Notes: a model not told the origin generated them from the letters alone. Positions 21,743-34,412 are shown, numbered from the stretch's first letter. The stretch: DNA of 64,000 bases from Anaeromyxobacteraceae bacterium (GCA_047602405.1 JASGHJ010000002.1:1536001-1600000), one strand, 5' to 3'. Translations and numbers: made by a program.

Positions 21743-21894
21743 GTCCTTCCCGCGTCGGCCCGGACAGGCCCCCCGGGCGAGCGGCCCCTCGGTTTCCCCC
21801 CATCCGAAGCGCGACGCCGCCTGCGCGCCCCTCGCCGGGCGCGCACGCGCCTACGCGCGCGGCGTTCTGGCGCGCCGGCCAGGAACGCGGCGCG

Positions 21895-22167
21895 TCAGCG
21901 GGCGAGCAGGAGCCCCAGCGCGGCGGCGAGCACGACGAGCGCGATGAGCAGGAGTCCCATCCGCCGCGGATCCCGCTTGCGCTCGCGTACCCCGTGGAGG
22001 GCCCCCATGTGGCCCGCGCGGGTCCAGACCGTGGCGCTCTCCTGCTTCACGAGATCCTCGTCGCCGAGGAACCCGGCCTCGTAGAGCCGGACGAGATCCT
22101 CGAGCGACGGCACCACGAGCGCCTCGCCGTCCGGGCCCTTCACGAGGTAGCGGACGGGCTTCTTCAA
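21895..22167 (-). CDS. Small membrane-anchored hypothetical protein (GYF-like)
   Basis: TTG overlaps the upstream stop; YLVKGPDG...DLV...W; C-terminal TM helix. Confidence 0.6.
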   Translation of the reverse strand: MKKPVRYLVKGPDGEALVVPSLEDLVRLYEAGFLGDEDLVKQESATVWTRAGHMGALHGVRERKRDPRRMGLLLIALVVLAAALGLLLAR

Positions 22168-23772
22168 GCCGGCCCGAGCTCCGCGCAGATCGCCTCCGCC
22201 ACGCGCAGCCCGTCCACCGCCGACGAGACGATGCCGCCCGCGTAGCCCGCGCCCTCGCCCGCCGGGTAGACGCCGCGCAGGGTGGGGGACTGGGAGATCG
22301 TCGCCGCGCACGAGCCGGCAAGGGCTCGAGGTCCGGGTCTCCACGCCGACGAGGAGCGCGTCGTCGGTCACGAAGCCGCGCATCCGCTTCTCGAAGCCGC
22401 GCAGGCCGGCACGGAGCGCCTCCTTCACCTGCGCCGGGAAGAGCACCGAGAGGTCCGCCTGCACGACGCCGGGCCGGTAGGAGGTCTTCCCCGGGGGCGC
22501 CCCGGGCTTCCCGGCGAGGTAGGCGGAGAGCCGCTGCGCCGGGGCGACGTAGCCTCCGCCGCCGAGCGCGTACGCGGCCTGCTCCCACCGCCGCTGCCAG
22601 GCGAGGCCCGCGAGCGGGCCCTCGAAGCCCTCGGCCGCGTAGTCGGCGGGCGAGACCGCCACGACGATGCCCGCGTTCGCGAAGGGCGAGGAGCGGTGCG
22701 AGTTCGACATGCCGTTCGTGCACTGCATCCCGGGCTCGGTGGGGGTGGGCACCACCACGCCGCCGGGGCACATGCAGAACGAGAACACGCCGCGCGGCGC
22801 GCCGCCGACGCGCGGGTTGTCGGCGAGCTTGTAGTCCGCGGGCGGGAGCTTCGGGTGGCGGGCCTGCCCGCCGTACTGGATGCGGTCGATGAGCGGCTGC
22901 GGGTGCTCGGCGCGGAAGCCGACCGCGAACGGCTTCGCCTCGATGGGCCAGCCGCGCGCGGCGAAGAGCTCGAAGAGCTCGCGGGCGCTGTTCCCGGGCG
23001 CCAGCACGAGCCGGTCGGAGTCGAGCGTCCGGCCGTCGGCGAGCCGGAGGCCCGCGAAGCGGGAGGCCCCGGTCGCGTCCGGCCGGAGCTCGAGGTCGAC
23101 GGCGCGCGCCTCCCAGACGAACGTGCAGCCGCCCTTCTCGAGCTCCTCGACCATCGCCGAGATCGCGCCGGGGAGGAGGTCCGAGCCGACGTGCGGCTTC
23201 CCCTCGGAGAGGATGCGCGCGACGCCGCCGAAGCGGGCGAAGAGCTCCACGACCTTCTTGACGGCGGGGTGGTGGATCCGGGTGCCGAGCTTGCCGTCGG
23301 TGTACGCGCCGGCGCCGCCCTCGCCGAAGCTCATGTTCGACTCGGGGTCGAGCTCGCCGGAGCGCATCAGCTTCGCGACGTCCCGCCGGCGGGGGCCGAC
23401 CTTCCGCCCGCGATCGACCACCACCGACGCGACGCCGCGCTCGAGGAGCGCCCAGGCGGCGAAGAGCCCCGCCGGTCCGGCGCCCAGGATGACCGGCCGG
23501 GCGGCGGGGGCTCGCACGCGGCCAGGCGCAGGCTCCGGGGCCGGGGCGGGGGAGACGTCCGTGGGGGCGCCACGGAGCTCGCCCTCGAGCGTCACCTCGA
23601 GGTTCACGAGCCAGCGGACGTGCCCCTTCTTCCGGGCGTCGAGCGACCGCCGCACGACCGCGACGTCCCTCAGGGCCTCGCGGGCGACCCCGAGGCGTTC
23701 GGCGGCCCGCTCGACCAGACGAGACTCGTCCTCGTCGAGCCAGAGAGGGACGTTCTGCACGCGGTAACGCAA
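22164..23772 (-). CDS. FAD-dependent oxidoreductase (apparent frameshift at ~22292)
   Basis: RRSLDARK, GAGPAGLFAA, FGEGGAGAYTDGKL, FSFCMCPGG and ETRTSSP. GEGAGYAGGIVSSAVDG is in the shifted frame. Confidence 0.9.
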
Positions 23773-23923
23773 TGGGGGCCTCGGGGCGCGAACGGTGCTT
23801 CGCGGGGGGCTCGGATTCGGGCGGCAGCTGCGAAGAGATCTACGCAGCGGGGATGTACGCGTACGTGGCCCCTGAAAGGGACAAGGGCCTGGAATCACGA
23901 GCAAATCGAGAAATCGGTCGCGG

Positions 23924-23939
23924 TGGCCTGCCCCTTGCT
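23924..23939 (+). promoter_or_regulatory. Sigma54 (-24/-12) promoter
   Basis: TGGCCTGCCCCTTGCT with exact GG-N10-GC spacing, in an AT-richer intergenic region. Confidence 0.65.
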
Positions 23940-24017
23940 CAAGGGAGGGGCACCGATTCAAGTGCGGTTCGTAGCCCCTCTTGCAGCCGTTCGCAACGGG
24001 CTCAATGGAGAATCCAA

Positions 24018-24230
24018 ATGGTGCCCGGCATCCTCGACGCCAAGGGAACGAAGATCCTCGCCAAGTCGCTCTTCAAGGAGCTGCGCGGCAACGGCTACTC
24101 GACGCAGCAGATCCTGAGCCTCTCGACCGAGCTCATCGAGCTCGTCACGCAGGACATCCGCGCGGCCGAGGCCGACGTGGCGATCCCTCCTTCGGTGGAC
24201 TCCCAGCCCTCGCGCCAGGCGACGCTCTAG
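24018..24230 (+). CDS. Small hypothetical protein (70 aa)
   Basis: GGAG ribosome-binding site; KILAKSLFKELRGNGY..QILSLSTELIELVT; strong codon bias. Confidence 0.8.
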   Translation: MVPGILDAKGTKILAKSLFKELRGNGYSTQQILSLSTELIELVTQDIRAAEADVAIPPSVDSQPSRQATL

Positions 24231-24335
24231 CGCCCCGGGTCCCTCCTCCGCGCGCCACGGGTGCGCGACGCCTGACGGCGCCGGAAACCACCGGCGCCGT
24301 TCGTGTTTTCAGGGCCCGGTGCGTCCTCGTTTCCG

Positions 24336-24364
24336 TTGACGGTCCCTCCCTCCGAGCGTAGCTT
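24336..24364 (+). promoter_or_regulatory. Sigma70-type promoter of the gap operon
   Basis: TTGACG-17 bp-TAGCTT. Confidence 0.7.
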
Positions 24365-24411
24365 CACGCCGCGTTTCGGCTTTACGAACCCACACGAAAG
24401 CGGAGGAAGAG

Positions 24412-25411
<1,000 letters not shown>

Positions 25412-25445
25412 GCAGCCGCCTCACCAGGCAGGACGGGAACCGGAC

Positions 25446-26636
25446 ATGGCGCTCCGCACGCTCGACGCCCTCGACCTCGGGGGCAAGCGGGTCTTCATCC
25501 GCGTGGACTTCAACGTGCCGCTCGACGCGGCCGGCAAGGTGACCGACGACGCCCGCATCCGCGCGGCGTTGCCGACCATCCAGCTCGCGCTCCAGAAGAA
25601 GGCGAAGGTCATCCTCGCCTCTCACCTCGGCCGCCCGAAGGGGAAGCCCGAGGACAAGGAGAAGTTCACGCTCGAGCCCGCGGCGGAGCGCCTCTCCGAG
25701 CTCCTCTCCGAGGACGTGATCCTGGCCGACGACTGCGTCGGCGACGGGGTCAAGAAGCTCGTGAAGGACCTCCGGGACGGGCAGGTGCTCCTCCTCGAGA
25801 ACCTCCGCTTCCACAAGGAGGAGGAGGCGAACGACGAGGCCTTCGCGCGCGAGCTCGCCTCGCTCGCGGACGTCTGGGTGAACGACGCGTTCGGCACGGC
25901 CCACCGCGCCCACGCCTCGACCGCCGGCATGGCCGCCTTCGTGAAGGAGAAGGCCGCCGGCTTTCTCATCCAGAAGGAGGTCGAGTACCTCGGCAAGGCG
26001 CTCGGCAACCCGGCCCGCCCGTTCGTCGCGATCGTCGGCGGCGCGAAGGTCTCCGACAAGATCAAGGTGCTCGACAACCTCCTCGCGAAGGCCGACGCGG
26101 TCTGCATCGGCGGCGCGATGGCCTACACCTTCCTCGCCGCGCAGGGCGTGAAGGTCGGCAAGAGCCTCGTCGAGCAGGACAAGCTCGAGCTCGCGCGGCA
26201 GATCCTCGAGCGCGCCGCGGCGCGGAAGGTCGACCTGCTCCTCCCGGTCGACCACGTCTGCGGCGCCGAGCCGAAGGAGACGGCGGAGCGCGTGGTGGTG
26301 AACGACCGCCCGATCCCGGACGGCCTCATGGGGCTCGACATCGGGCCGAAGACGCTCGACGCCTACCGGCAGCGGATCCTCGCGGCGAAGACGGTCTTCT
26401 GGAACGGCCCCATGGGCCTGTTCGAGCAGAAGCCCTGGGCGGAGGGCACGTTCGGCGTCGCGAAGGCGATGGCGGAGAGCCCGGCCGTCACCGTCGTCGG
26501 CGGCGGCGACTCGGCCGCGGCGGTCGAGGAGGCGGGGCTCGTCGCGAAGATGAAGCACGTGTCCACCGGCGGCGGCGCCAGCCTCGAGTTCATCGAGGGC
26601 AAGGTGCTCCCCGGCATCCAGGTGCTGGAGCAGTAG
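25446..26636 (+). CDS. pgk: Phosphoglycerate kinase
   Basis: RVDFNVP, SHLGRP, NDAFGTAHR, GGAKVSDK and STGGGASLE motifs. Confidence 0.99.
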   Translation: MALRTLDALDLGGKRVFIRVDFNVPLDAAGKVTDDARIRAALPTIQLALQKKAKVILASHLGRPKGKPEDKEKFTLEPAAERLSELLSEDVILADDCVGDGVKKLVKDLRDGQVLLLENLRFHKEEEANDEAFARELASLADVWVNDAFGTAHRAHASTAGMAAFVKEKAAGFLIQKEVEYLGKALGNPARPFVAIVGGAKVSDKIKVLDNLLAKADAVCIGGAMAYTFLAAQGVKVGKSLVEQDKLELARQILERAAARKVDLLLPVDHVCGAEPKETAERVVVNDRPIPDGLMGLDIGPKTLDAYRQRILAAKTVFWNGPMGLFEQKPWAEGTFGVAKAMAESPAVTVVGGGDSAAAVEEAGLVAKMKHVSTGGGASLEFIEGKVLPGIQVLEQ

Positions 26637-26645
26637 GGGGAGTCC

Positions 26646-27407
26646 ATGGCTCGCACGAAGTTCGTCTGCGGCAACTGGAAGATGCACCGGACCGTCGCCG
26701 AGGCGGTGGCGCTCGCCACGTCCGTCCGGGACGGCCTCGGCGACACGGCCGGGAAGGTCCAGGTCGCCGTCGCGCCCACCTACACCGCCCTCCACGCGGT
26801 GGCGCAGGCGCTGAAGGGCTCGAAGGTCGAGGTCGCCGGGCAGAACGTCCACTGGGAGCCCCAGGGCGCGTTCACGGGCGAGATCTCGGCCCCCATGCTC
26901 GCCGAGGTGGGCTGCCACCACGGCATCGTGGGCCACAGCGAGCGGCGCCAGTTCTTCGGCGAGACCGACGAGACCGTGGCGAAGAAGGTCCGCGCGCTGC
27001 TCCAGGTGGGCGTGAAGCCCATCGTGTGCGTCGGCGAGTCGCTGGCCGAGCGCGAGGGCGGGAAAACCCTGGCCGTGGTCGACCGCCAGGTCCGCCTGGG
27101 CCTCGCAGGCCTCCCGCGGGAGGCGCTCGCGTCCCTGACGCTCGCCTACGAGCCCGTGTGGGCCATCGGCACCGGCAAGACGGCCACCACGGCCCAGGCC
27201 CAGGAGGTCCACGCGGCCATCCGGGCGCTCCTCCGCGAGCTCGGGGGTGACGTGGCGGACTCGATTCGCATACAGTACGGCGGCTCGGTGAAGCCAGAGA
27301 ACGCCGCCGAGCTCATGTCCCAGCCCGACGTGGATGGCGCGCTCGTCGGGGGCGCGAGCCTCAAGGCCGCAGATTTCGTCGCCATCGTGAAGGGTGCACT
27401 CCGTTGA
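26646..27407 (+). CDS. tpiA: Triosephosphate isomerase
   Basis: [22 protein letters not shown] and YGGSV motifs. Confidence 0.99.
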   Translation: MARTKFVCGNWKMHRTVAEAVALATSVRDGLGDTAGKVQVAVAPTYTALHAVAQALKGSKVEVAGQNVHWEPQGAFTGEISAPMLAEVGCHHGIVGHSERRQFFGETDETVAKKVRALLQVGVKPIVCVGESLAEREGGKTLAVVDRQVRLGLAGLPREALASLTLAYEPVWAIGTGKTATTAQAQEVHAAIRALLRELGGDVADSIRIQYGGSVKPENAAELMSQPDVDGALVGGASLKAADFVAIVKGALR

Positions 27408-27772
27408 TCACGCTCGTCACCGTCGTCCACGTCGTCGTCTGCATCTTCCTCATCCTCGTGATCCTGCTCCAGGCCGGTAAGGGCGGCGGCATGGCCGGCG
27501 CCTTCGGCGGCGCGGGCTCGCAGACCGTCTTCGGCGGCCGCGGGGCCCAGACGCTGCTCGGGAAGGTCACCTCCGTCATGGCGGCGATCTTCATGCTCAC
27601 GTCGCTGACGCTCGCGTACAACGCGTCGCACTCGCGGTCGCTGATGGACAAGCACGCGCCCGCGGCCCCGGCGGAGCCTGCCCCGGCCGCGCCCGCGGCG
27701 CCTGCGCCCGCGCCGAACGCCTCGCAGCCGGTCGAGAGCGCGCCGGCGCCGACCCCGGCGCCCGCGAAGTAG
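27404..27772 (+). CDS. secG: Preprotein translocase subunit SecG
   Basis: [13 protein letters not shown]; two TM helices; follows tpiA. Confidence 0.96.
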   Translation: MITLVTVVHVVVCIFLILVILLQAGKGGGMAGAFGGAGSQTVFGGRGAQTLLGKVTSVMAAIFMLTSLTLAYNASHSRSLMDKHAPAAPAEPAPAAPAAPAPAPNASQPVESAPAPTPAPAK

Positions 27773-27797
27773 CGCGCCCGCGTTCGACGCCTCACCG

Positions 27798-27829
27798 ACC
27801 CCGCTGGCCACCTGGCCGGCGGGGTTTTC
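27798..27829 (+). terminator. Intrinsic terminator after secG
   Basis: ACCCCGCTGGCC/GGCCGGCGGGGT stem followed by a T tract. Confidence 0.75.
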
Positions 27830-27992
27830 GTGTTCGCGGAGGCCGAAGGCGTCCCCGGGGGTGCGGGGACGTGCGTACGGGAGCGTCGAGGAGGCCTCGG
27901 GGCGGGGGCGGGCCTGGCGCCGACGCAGGTGCTCCGGGCGGGCGCCAGAAACGGCGAAGGGGATCCGGCTTGCGCCAAATCCCCTTCGTACA

Positions 27993-28074
27993 TGCCCAGG
28001 GCGAGATTCGAACTCGCACGCCTTACGGCGCCACCCCCTCAAGATGGTGTGTCTACCAGTTCCACCACCTGGGC
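27993..28074 (-). tRNA. tRNA-Leu(GAG)
   Basis: GCCCAGGTGGTGGAACTGGTAGAC...TT-GAG-GG loop...GTTCGAATC...CCTGGGCA; long variable arm. Confidence 0.95.
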
Positions 28075-28175
28075 CTTTGCTGCCCGGGGCGATGCGCCGC
28101 CCCGTCGAGGAGGGTCGCTTTCTAGCAAAGGACCTCCGCGCACGCAAGCACGCGAAGCGTCCCGGGTGCCGGGTC

Positions 28176-28503
28176 TCAGGCCCCCTCGAGAATCCTTCCG
28201 CTTGCCCTCCACGGTCTTCCAGCGGTCGGCGTCGGGGAGGGCGTCCTTCTTCTCGGAGAGGTTCGGCCACTTCTTCGAGAGGTCGGCGTTGAGCCCCACG
28301 TACTCCGCCCACTTCCCGGGGACGCTCTCCTCCGGGAAGATCGCGCTCGTCGGGCAGGCGGGCTCACAGGCCCCGCAGTCGATGCACTCGTCGGGGTGGA
28401 TCACGAGGAAGTTCGGCCCCTCGTAGAAGCAGTCGACGGGGCAGACCTCGACGCAGTCGGTGTACTTGCACTTGATGCACGGCTCGGTGACGACGTAGGG
28501 CAT
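28176..28503 (-). CDS. fdxA: 7Fe (FdxA-type) ferredoxin (apparent frameshift at ~28191)
   Basis: [18 protein letters not shown] and [12 protein letters not shown]; the corrected end reads KDLEGA*. Confidence 0.92.
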
Positions 28504-28531
28504 GGTGGCCTCCTCCTCCCCGTAGCTAAGG

Positions 28532-29851
<1,320 letters not shown>

Positions 29852-30054
29852 CGGGTGTCCTCCTCGGCGCGTGGCCGAGCATGTCGTTCGTCCGTGGTCG
29901 CGCGACCGCGCCCGGCCCGAGGCCGGGTACGCACCTGCGCGCAGCGGGGATATACCGCACCGGGGCCCCGCCGGGCACGGTCACGAAGGTCGCGTGGGGA
30001 GGACCCCGGGCCGGGCTTTGCGGGCCTTCCCATCGGGGGGTAGCATCGGCGGTC

Positions 30055-32124
30055 ATGTCGGCGGAGAAGCGCGGCGATCCCCGTGTGCCCGTCGAGCTCC
30101 GGCTGCGGCTGGCCTACGGCTCGGTCGCCGACTTCGTCGAGCGCTGGGCGGTCAACATCTCGCGCGGCGGCGTGTTCATCCGGACGCTCGAGCCGTGCGC
30201 GCCCGGGACCGAGGTGCTCCTCGAGATCACCCTCGCGTCCGGCGAGCCGGTGATCCACGGCCGCGGGGTCGTCCGCTGGACGACCGCGCCGTCCGCGCCG
30301 GGCGAGCCCGCGCAGGAGCCCGGGATGGGCGTGAAGTTCCTCGCGCTCTCGCCCGGGTCGCAGGCCCTCGTCGACGCGGTCGTGGGGCGGGGCGGCGACG
30401 CGGCCGCGTCGGACGAGCCGCCCCCGGCGCCGCGCGCGGAGGCGCCGCCCGCGCCGCAGGCCGCGCCGCGGCCGAGGAGGCCGAAGGGGCCGGTGGTCGG
30501 CATCGACCTCGGCACCACCAACTCCTGCGTCGCGGCGATGGTGAACGGCAAGCCGCAGGTGCTCGCCTCCCGGGAGGGCCACCGCACGCTCCCCTCGGTG
30601 GTGGCCTACGACGCCGAGGGGCGGCTGCTCGTCGGGCACCCCGCGAAGGCGCAGATGATCGTCAACCCGCGGAACACCGTGTACGGCTCGAAGCGGCTCG
30701 TCGGCCGCCCGTACGCCTCGCCCACCGTCCAGGCGTGCAAGGACCGCTTCCACTACGAGATCGTCCCCGGGCCGGGCGGCGCGGCGGCGGTCCGCTTCGC
30801 CGGCCGGGACTTCTCGCTCGCCCAGGTCGCCGCCCTCGTGCTCCAGGAGATGCGGGAGGTCGCCTCGCAGGCCCTCGGGCAGCTCGTGGAGCGCGCCGTC
30901 GTCACGGTGCCCGCCCACTACAACGACCACCAGCGCCAGGCGGTGCGGGAGGCGGGCCAGCTCGCCGGGCTGCACGTCGAGCGGCTCGTGAACGAGCCGA
31001 CGGCGGCGGCGCTCGCGTTCGGCGCGGGCAGGGGGCTCGATCGCCGCGTGCTCGTGTACGACCTCGGCGGCGGCACCTTCGACGCCTCCGTCCTCGAGAT
31101 CTCCGGGGACGTGTACGAGGTGGTCTCGAGCGGCGGCGACACGTTCCTCGGCGGGGTGGACTTCGACGCCCAGCTCGTCGATCACCTGGTGTGGCGGTTC
31201 ATGCAGGCCTACGGGGCGCCGCCGCCCGACGACCGGGTGGTCTGGCAGCGGCTCCGCGACGCGGCCGAGGAGACGAAGGTGGCGCTCTCCGCGCGCGAGA
31301 AGGCGCTCGCGCGCGTGCCGTTCCTGATGACGTCCCCCGCGGGGAAGGCCATCGACCTCTCGGTCGAGGTGACGCGCTCCGAGCTCGAGGGGCTCACCGC
31401 GAAGCTCGTGCAGCGCACGCTCGACGTGTGCCGCGAGGTGCTCACCGCGAAGGGGCTCGGGCCCGGCGACGTGCAGGAGGTGCTGCTCGTGGGGGGCCAG
31501 AGCCGCATGCCGCTCGTCTGGCGCCGGATCAAGGAGGAGCTCGGGCGCGACCCGTCGAAGGGCGTCCACCCGGACGAGGCGGTCGCGATCGGCGCGGCGC
31601 TGCTCGGCGACTCGGAGAGCCGGATCGACTCGGTCGTGCTCATCGACGCGCTCGCGATCGGCATCGGGGTGGGGCTGCCCGGCGGCCGGATGGTGCCGGT
31701 GCTGCCGCGCAACACCCGCCTCCCGGCCTCGAAGGTGCACGAGCTCCACACGACGCACGACGGCCAGACCGAGCTCGAGCTGCACGTCTTCCAGGGCGAC
31801 GCGCCGCGGGTGGAGGACTGCGAGTACCTCGGCACCGCGCGCGTCGCCGGGCTCCCCGCCGCGCAGAAGGGCGCGGTCCGGGTCGCGGTGGAGTTCGCGC
31901 TCGGGCAGGAGGGCATCCTCTCGGTCCACGCGCGCGAGCACGGCACCGGGCGGGCCACCGAGGTCCGCTTCGCGACGCTCGACACGCCCGAGTCGCTGCG
32001 CGCGAAGCTCGGCCTCGAGCGGGCGCCCGGGGCGCCCCCGGGGGCCCGGCCCCTCGATCCGACCGCCCGCAAGGATCACGTGAAGCCGGGCATCCTCGGC
32101 CGCATGTTCGGGAGCAGGAAGTGA
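30055..32124 (+). CDS. PilZ-like (TIGR02266)-Hsp70 fusion chaperone
   Basis: KRGDPRV..NISRGGVFI..PGMGVKF, then GIDLGTTNS, NEPTAAA, DLGGGTFD and HPDEAVA; no helical lid. Confidence 0.92.
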   Translation: MSAEKRGDPRVPVELRLRLAYGSVADFVERWAVNISRGGVFIRTLEPCAPGTEVLLEITLASGEPVIHGRGVVRWTTAPSAPGEPAQEPGMGVKFLALSPGSQALVDAVVGRGGDAAASDEPPPAPRAEAPPAPQAAPRPRRPKGPVVGIDLGTTNSCVAAMVNGKPQVLASREGHRTLPSVVAYDAEGRLLVGHPAKAQMIVNPRNTVYGSKRLVGRPYASPTVQACKDRFHYEIVPGPGGAAAVRFAGRDFSLAQVAALVLQEMREVASQALGQLVERAVVTVPAHYNDHQRQAVREAGQLAGLHVERLVNEPTAAALAFGAGRGLDRRVLVYDLGGGTFDASVLEISGDVYEVVSSGGDTFLGGVDFDAQLVDHLVWRFMQAYGAPPPDDRVVWQRLRDAAEETKVALSAREKALARVPFLMTSPAGKAIDLSVEVTRSELEGLTAKLVQRTLDVCREVLTAKGLGPGDVQEVLLVGGQSRMPLVWRRIKEELGRDPSKGVHPDEAVAIGAALLGDSESRIDSVVLIDALAIGIGVGLPGGRMVPVLPRNTRLPASKVHELHTTHDGQTELELHVFQGDAPRVEDCEYLGTARVAGLPAAQKGAVRVAVEFALGQEGILSVHAREHGTGRATEVRFATLDTPESLRAKLGLERAPGAPPGARPLDPTARKDHVKPGILGRMFGSRK

Positions 32125-32501
32125 CGGACCGGGGGACCCCGCTCCTCGTGCTCGCCCACGGCGCGAGCTGGGAGGACCGCTACCAGGCGGTCACGGTCGC
32201 TGTCACGGCGGCCTCGCTCGGCGACCGGGTGGTGCTCGCGCTCTTCTTCGACCCCCTGCGGCGGCTCGTGGAGGGCCGGCTCGACGAGGGCGCCCCGCCC
32301 TCGGCGGCCGCCGCGAAGGTGGGCGACCTCGGCGCGGCGCTCGAGGACGGCCGGGCGCTCGGGCTGGAGGTGGTGGCCTGCGAGACCGCGGTCCGGCTCG
32401 CCGGGCTCGATCCGGAGGCCGTGCGCGGGAAGGTCGACCGGCTCGCGTCGCTCCCGTCGCTCTGGGCCTGGGCCCGTCACGGCCGCGTGGCGACCTTCTG
32501 A
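32121..32501 (+). CDS. DsrE/DsrF-like protein
   Basis: GTG overlaps the upstream TGA; AASLGDRVVLALFF and EVVACE Cys motif; ends in F. Confidence 0.75.
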   Translation: MTDRGTPLLVLAHGASWEDRYQAVTVAVTAASLGDRVVLALFFDPLRRLVEGRLDEGAPPSAAAAKVGDLGAALEDGRALGLEVVACETAVRLAGLDPEAVRGKVDRLASLPSLWAWARHGRVATF

Positions 32502-32541
32502 CCTTGCCCGCGCTCCGGGGGCGGGCTATAGGCGGCGGACG

Positions 32542-33264
32542 ATGGCGCTCTCCGGAAAGACGGCGCTCGTGGTCGGCGCGGGTGGGCTCGGTGGCCCGGC
32601 GCTGCTCACGCTCGCGGCGGCCGGCATCGGCCGGCTCGTGGTGGTGGACTCCGACGCGGTCGACACGACCAACCTCGCGCGGCAGCCGCTGTTCGGCGAG
32701 GCCGACGTCGGCGCGCGCAAGGCGGACGCGGCCGCGGCGACCCTGCGCCGGCTCTTCCCCGAGCTCGCGGTGGACGCGGTCGACGACCGCATCACCGCGG
32801 GCAACGCCGAGCGGTACCTCGGCGCGGCGGACCTCGCCCTCGACGGCACCGACAACTTCGCCTCGAAGTTCGCGCTCTCCGACGCGGCGATGCGGGTGAA
32901 GAAGCCCCTCATCCACGGCGGCGTGCTCCGCACCACCTTCCAGATCCTCACCATCGCGCCCGCGGGCCTGGGCGGCTGCCTCCGCTGCCTGTTCGAGGGG
33001 CCGCCGCCGGACGGTGCGGTCCCGGCGTGCGCCGACGCCGGCGTGCTCGGGGCCCTCGCCCAGGCGGCCGGGAACCTGATGGCCGCCGAGGCGATCCGCC
33101 TGCTCGAGGGCGAGCGGGGCGCGTACGAGGGGCGGCTCCTGACCTACGAGGCGAGGAGCGCGCGCGGGCGGCTCGTGCTCGTTCGGCGCCGGCAGGACTG
33201 CCCCGGCTGCTCGCCGGCGGCGCTCGCGCCGAAGGCGGCGACCGCCGGGGGGACCGCGGCGTGA
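32542..33264 (+). CDS. ThiF/MoeB (E1-like) adenylyltransferase lacking the N-terminal helix
   Basis: GAGGLG, D..DTTNLARQ, KA, DGTDNF, CLRC, CADAGVLG and CPGC motifs. Confidence 0.92.
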   Translation: MALSGKTALVVGAGGLGGPALLTLAAAGIGRLVVVDSDAVDTTNLARQPLFGEADVGARKADAAAATLRRLFPELAVDAVDDRITAGNAERYLGAADLALDGTDNFASKFALSDAAMRVKKPLIHGGVLRTTFQILTIAPAGLGGCLRCLFEGPPPDGAVPACADAGVLGALAQAAGNLMAAEAIRLLEGERGAYEGRLLTYEARSARGRLVLVRRRQDCPGCSPAALAPKAATAGGTAA

Positions 33265-33527
33265 GCGCGGCGCTCGACCTCACCGGCTTCGCCTGCCCGA
33301 TGACCTGGGTGAAGACCCGCATCGCGCTCGACCGGCTCGGGCCGGGCGACCGGCTCGCGGTGCTGCTCGCCCGCGGCGAGCCCGCCGACAGCGTGCCGCG
33401 GAGCGCCGAGGAGGAGGGCCACCGGGTGGTCTCCCGCGCGGCGCTCGGCGGCGGGGCGACGTTCGAGGTCGTCATCGAGAAGGCGGCGGCGGAGCGCCCG
33501 CAGCCGGGAGGCATCACGTGGCCCTGA
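33261..33527 (+). CDS. TusA/SirA-family sulfurtransferase
   Basis: LDLTGFACPMTWVK...SVPRS..EGH; overlaps both neighbours. Confidence 0.88.
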   Translation: MSAALDLTGFACPMTWVKTRIALDRLGPGDRLAVLLARGEPADSVPRSAEEEGHRVVSRAALGGGATFEVVIEKAAAERPQPGGITWP

Positions 33528-34213
33528 ACGATCTCCAGGTGGCGCGGTACGCGCGCCAGCTCCTCGTGCCCGGCTTCGGCGAGGCGGTCCAGGAGCGGCT
33601 GCTGCAGGCGCGGGTCTGGGTGGTGAACGCCGACGCCACCGCCGCCGCCGGGCTGGTCGCCCTCGTGCAGGCGGGCGTCGGGCGGATCTGGCTCGACGAC
33701 GACGAGCAGGTCGGGCCGTCGGACCGGGTGGGGTGGCTCTTCGGGCCCGGGGACGTCGGCCGCTCGCGGGTCGAGGCCGCGGTGGAGGCCCTCGGCCGCC
33801 TCTCGCTCCAGACCGCCATCGAGAAGAAGCCGGTCGGCGGCGTGCCGACCGCGGCGATCGTGTTCGCGTCCTCGGTCCCGATGGGCATCGGGGCAGGGGA
33901 CGTCGCGCGCAAGGCCGGCATCCCGCACGTGGTCGTGGAGCCCGACGCCGAGGGCGGCGCCGTGGTCTCCATCCCGCCCGGCCAGCCCTGCTTCACCTGC
34001 GGCCGGTCGGTCTCCGGGGTCGGGCGGCCGGCCCAGGCCGGCATCGCGGCCCTGTCGGCGCTCGCGGCGACCGAGCTCCTCCTCATGCTCGCCGATCCCC
34101 CCCAGGCGGTCGGGCGCCGGATCGACCTCGTCCGCGGCGTCCCGCACGTCCGGCCGACCGTCCGGGTGGCCGGCTGTGCCTGCGGCGGCGGGGCGAGCGC
34201 TCCCCCCGCCTGA
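33518..34213 (+). CDS. Degenerate ThiF/MoeB-family protein
   Basis: RYARQLLVPGFGEAVQERL, AGVGRI, CFTC and CAC; no GxGxxG loop. Confidence 0.82.
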   Translation: MALNDLQVARYARQLLVPGFGEAVQERLLQARVWVVNADATAAAGLVALVQAGVGRIWLDDDEQVGPSDRVGWLFGPGDVGRSRVEAAVEALGRLSLQTAIEKKPVGGVPTAAIVFASSVPMGIGAGDVARKAGIPHVVVEPDAEGGAVVSIPPGQPCFTCGRSVSGVGRPAQAGIAALSALAATELLLMLADPPQAVGRRIDLVRGVPHVRPTVRVAGCACGGGASAPPA

Positions 34214-34412
34214 CCGCGCCCGCGCGGCCCGGGCGCGCGTTGCCGGCGCGTGAAGCCGCGCGTTGACGGTCAGAGAAGCGGGTCCGTGTCGACCCAGGCG
34301 GCGTCCGGGGCGATTCCGTCGGAATCACGCCAGGATCGCAGCGACTCCGCCTTGGAGATCCGGCGACTCCCGGTTATACTCCGCGGCCGACGTCGGGCAC
34401 CGGGAGGACGGA

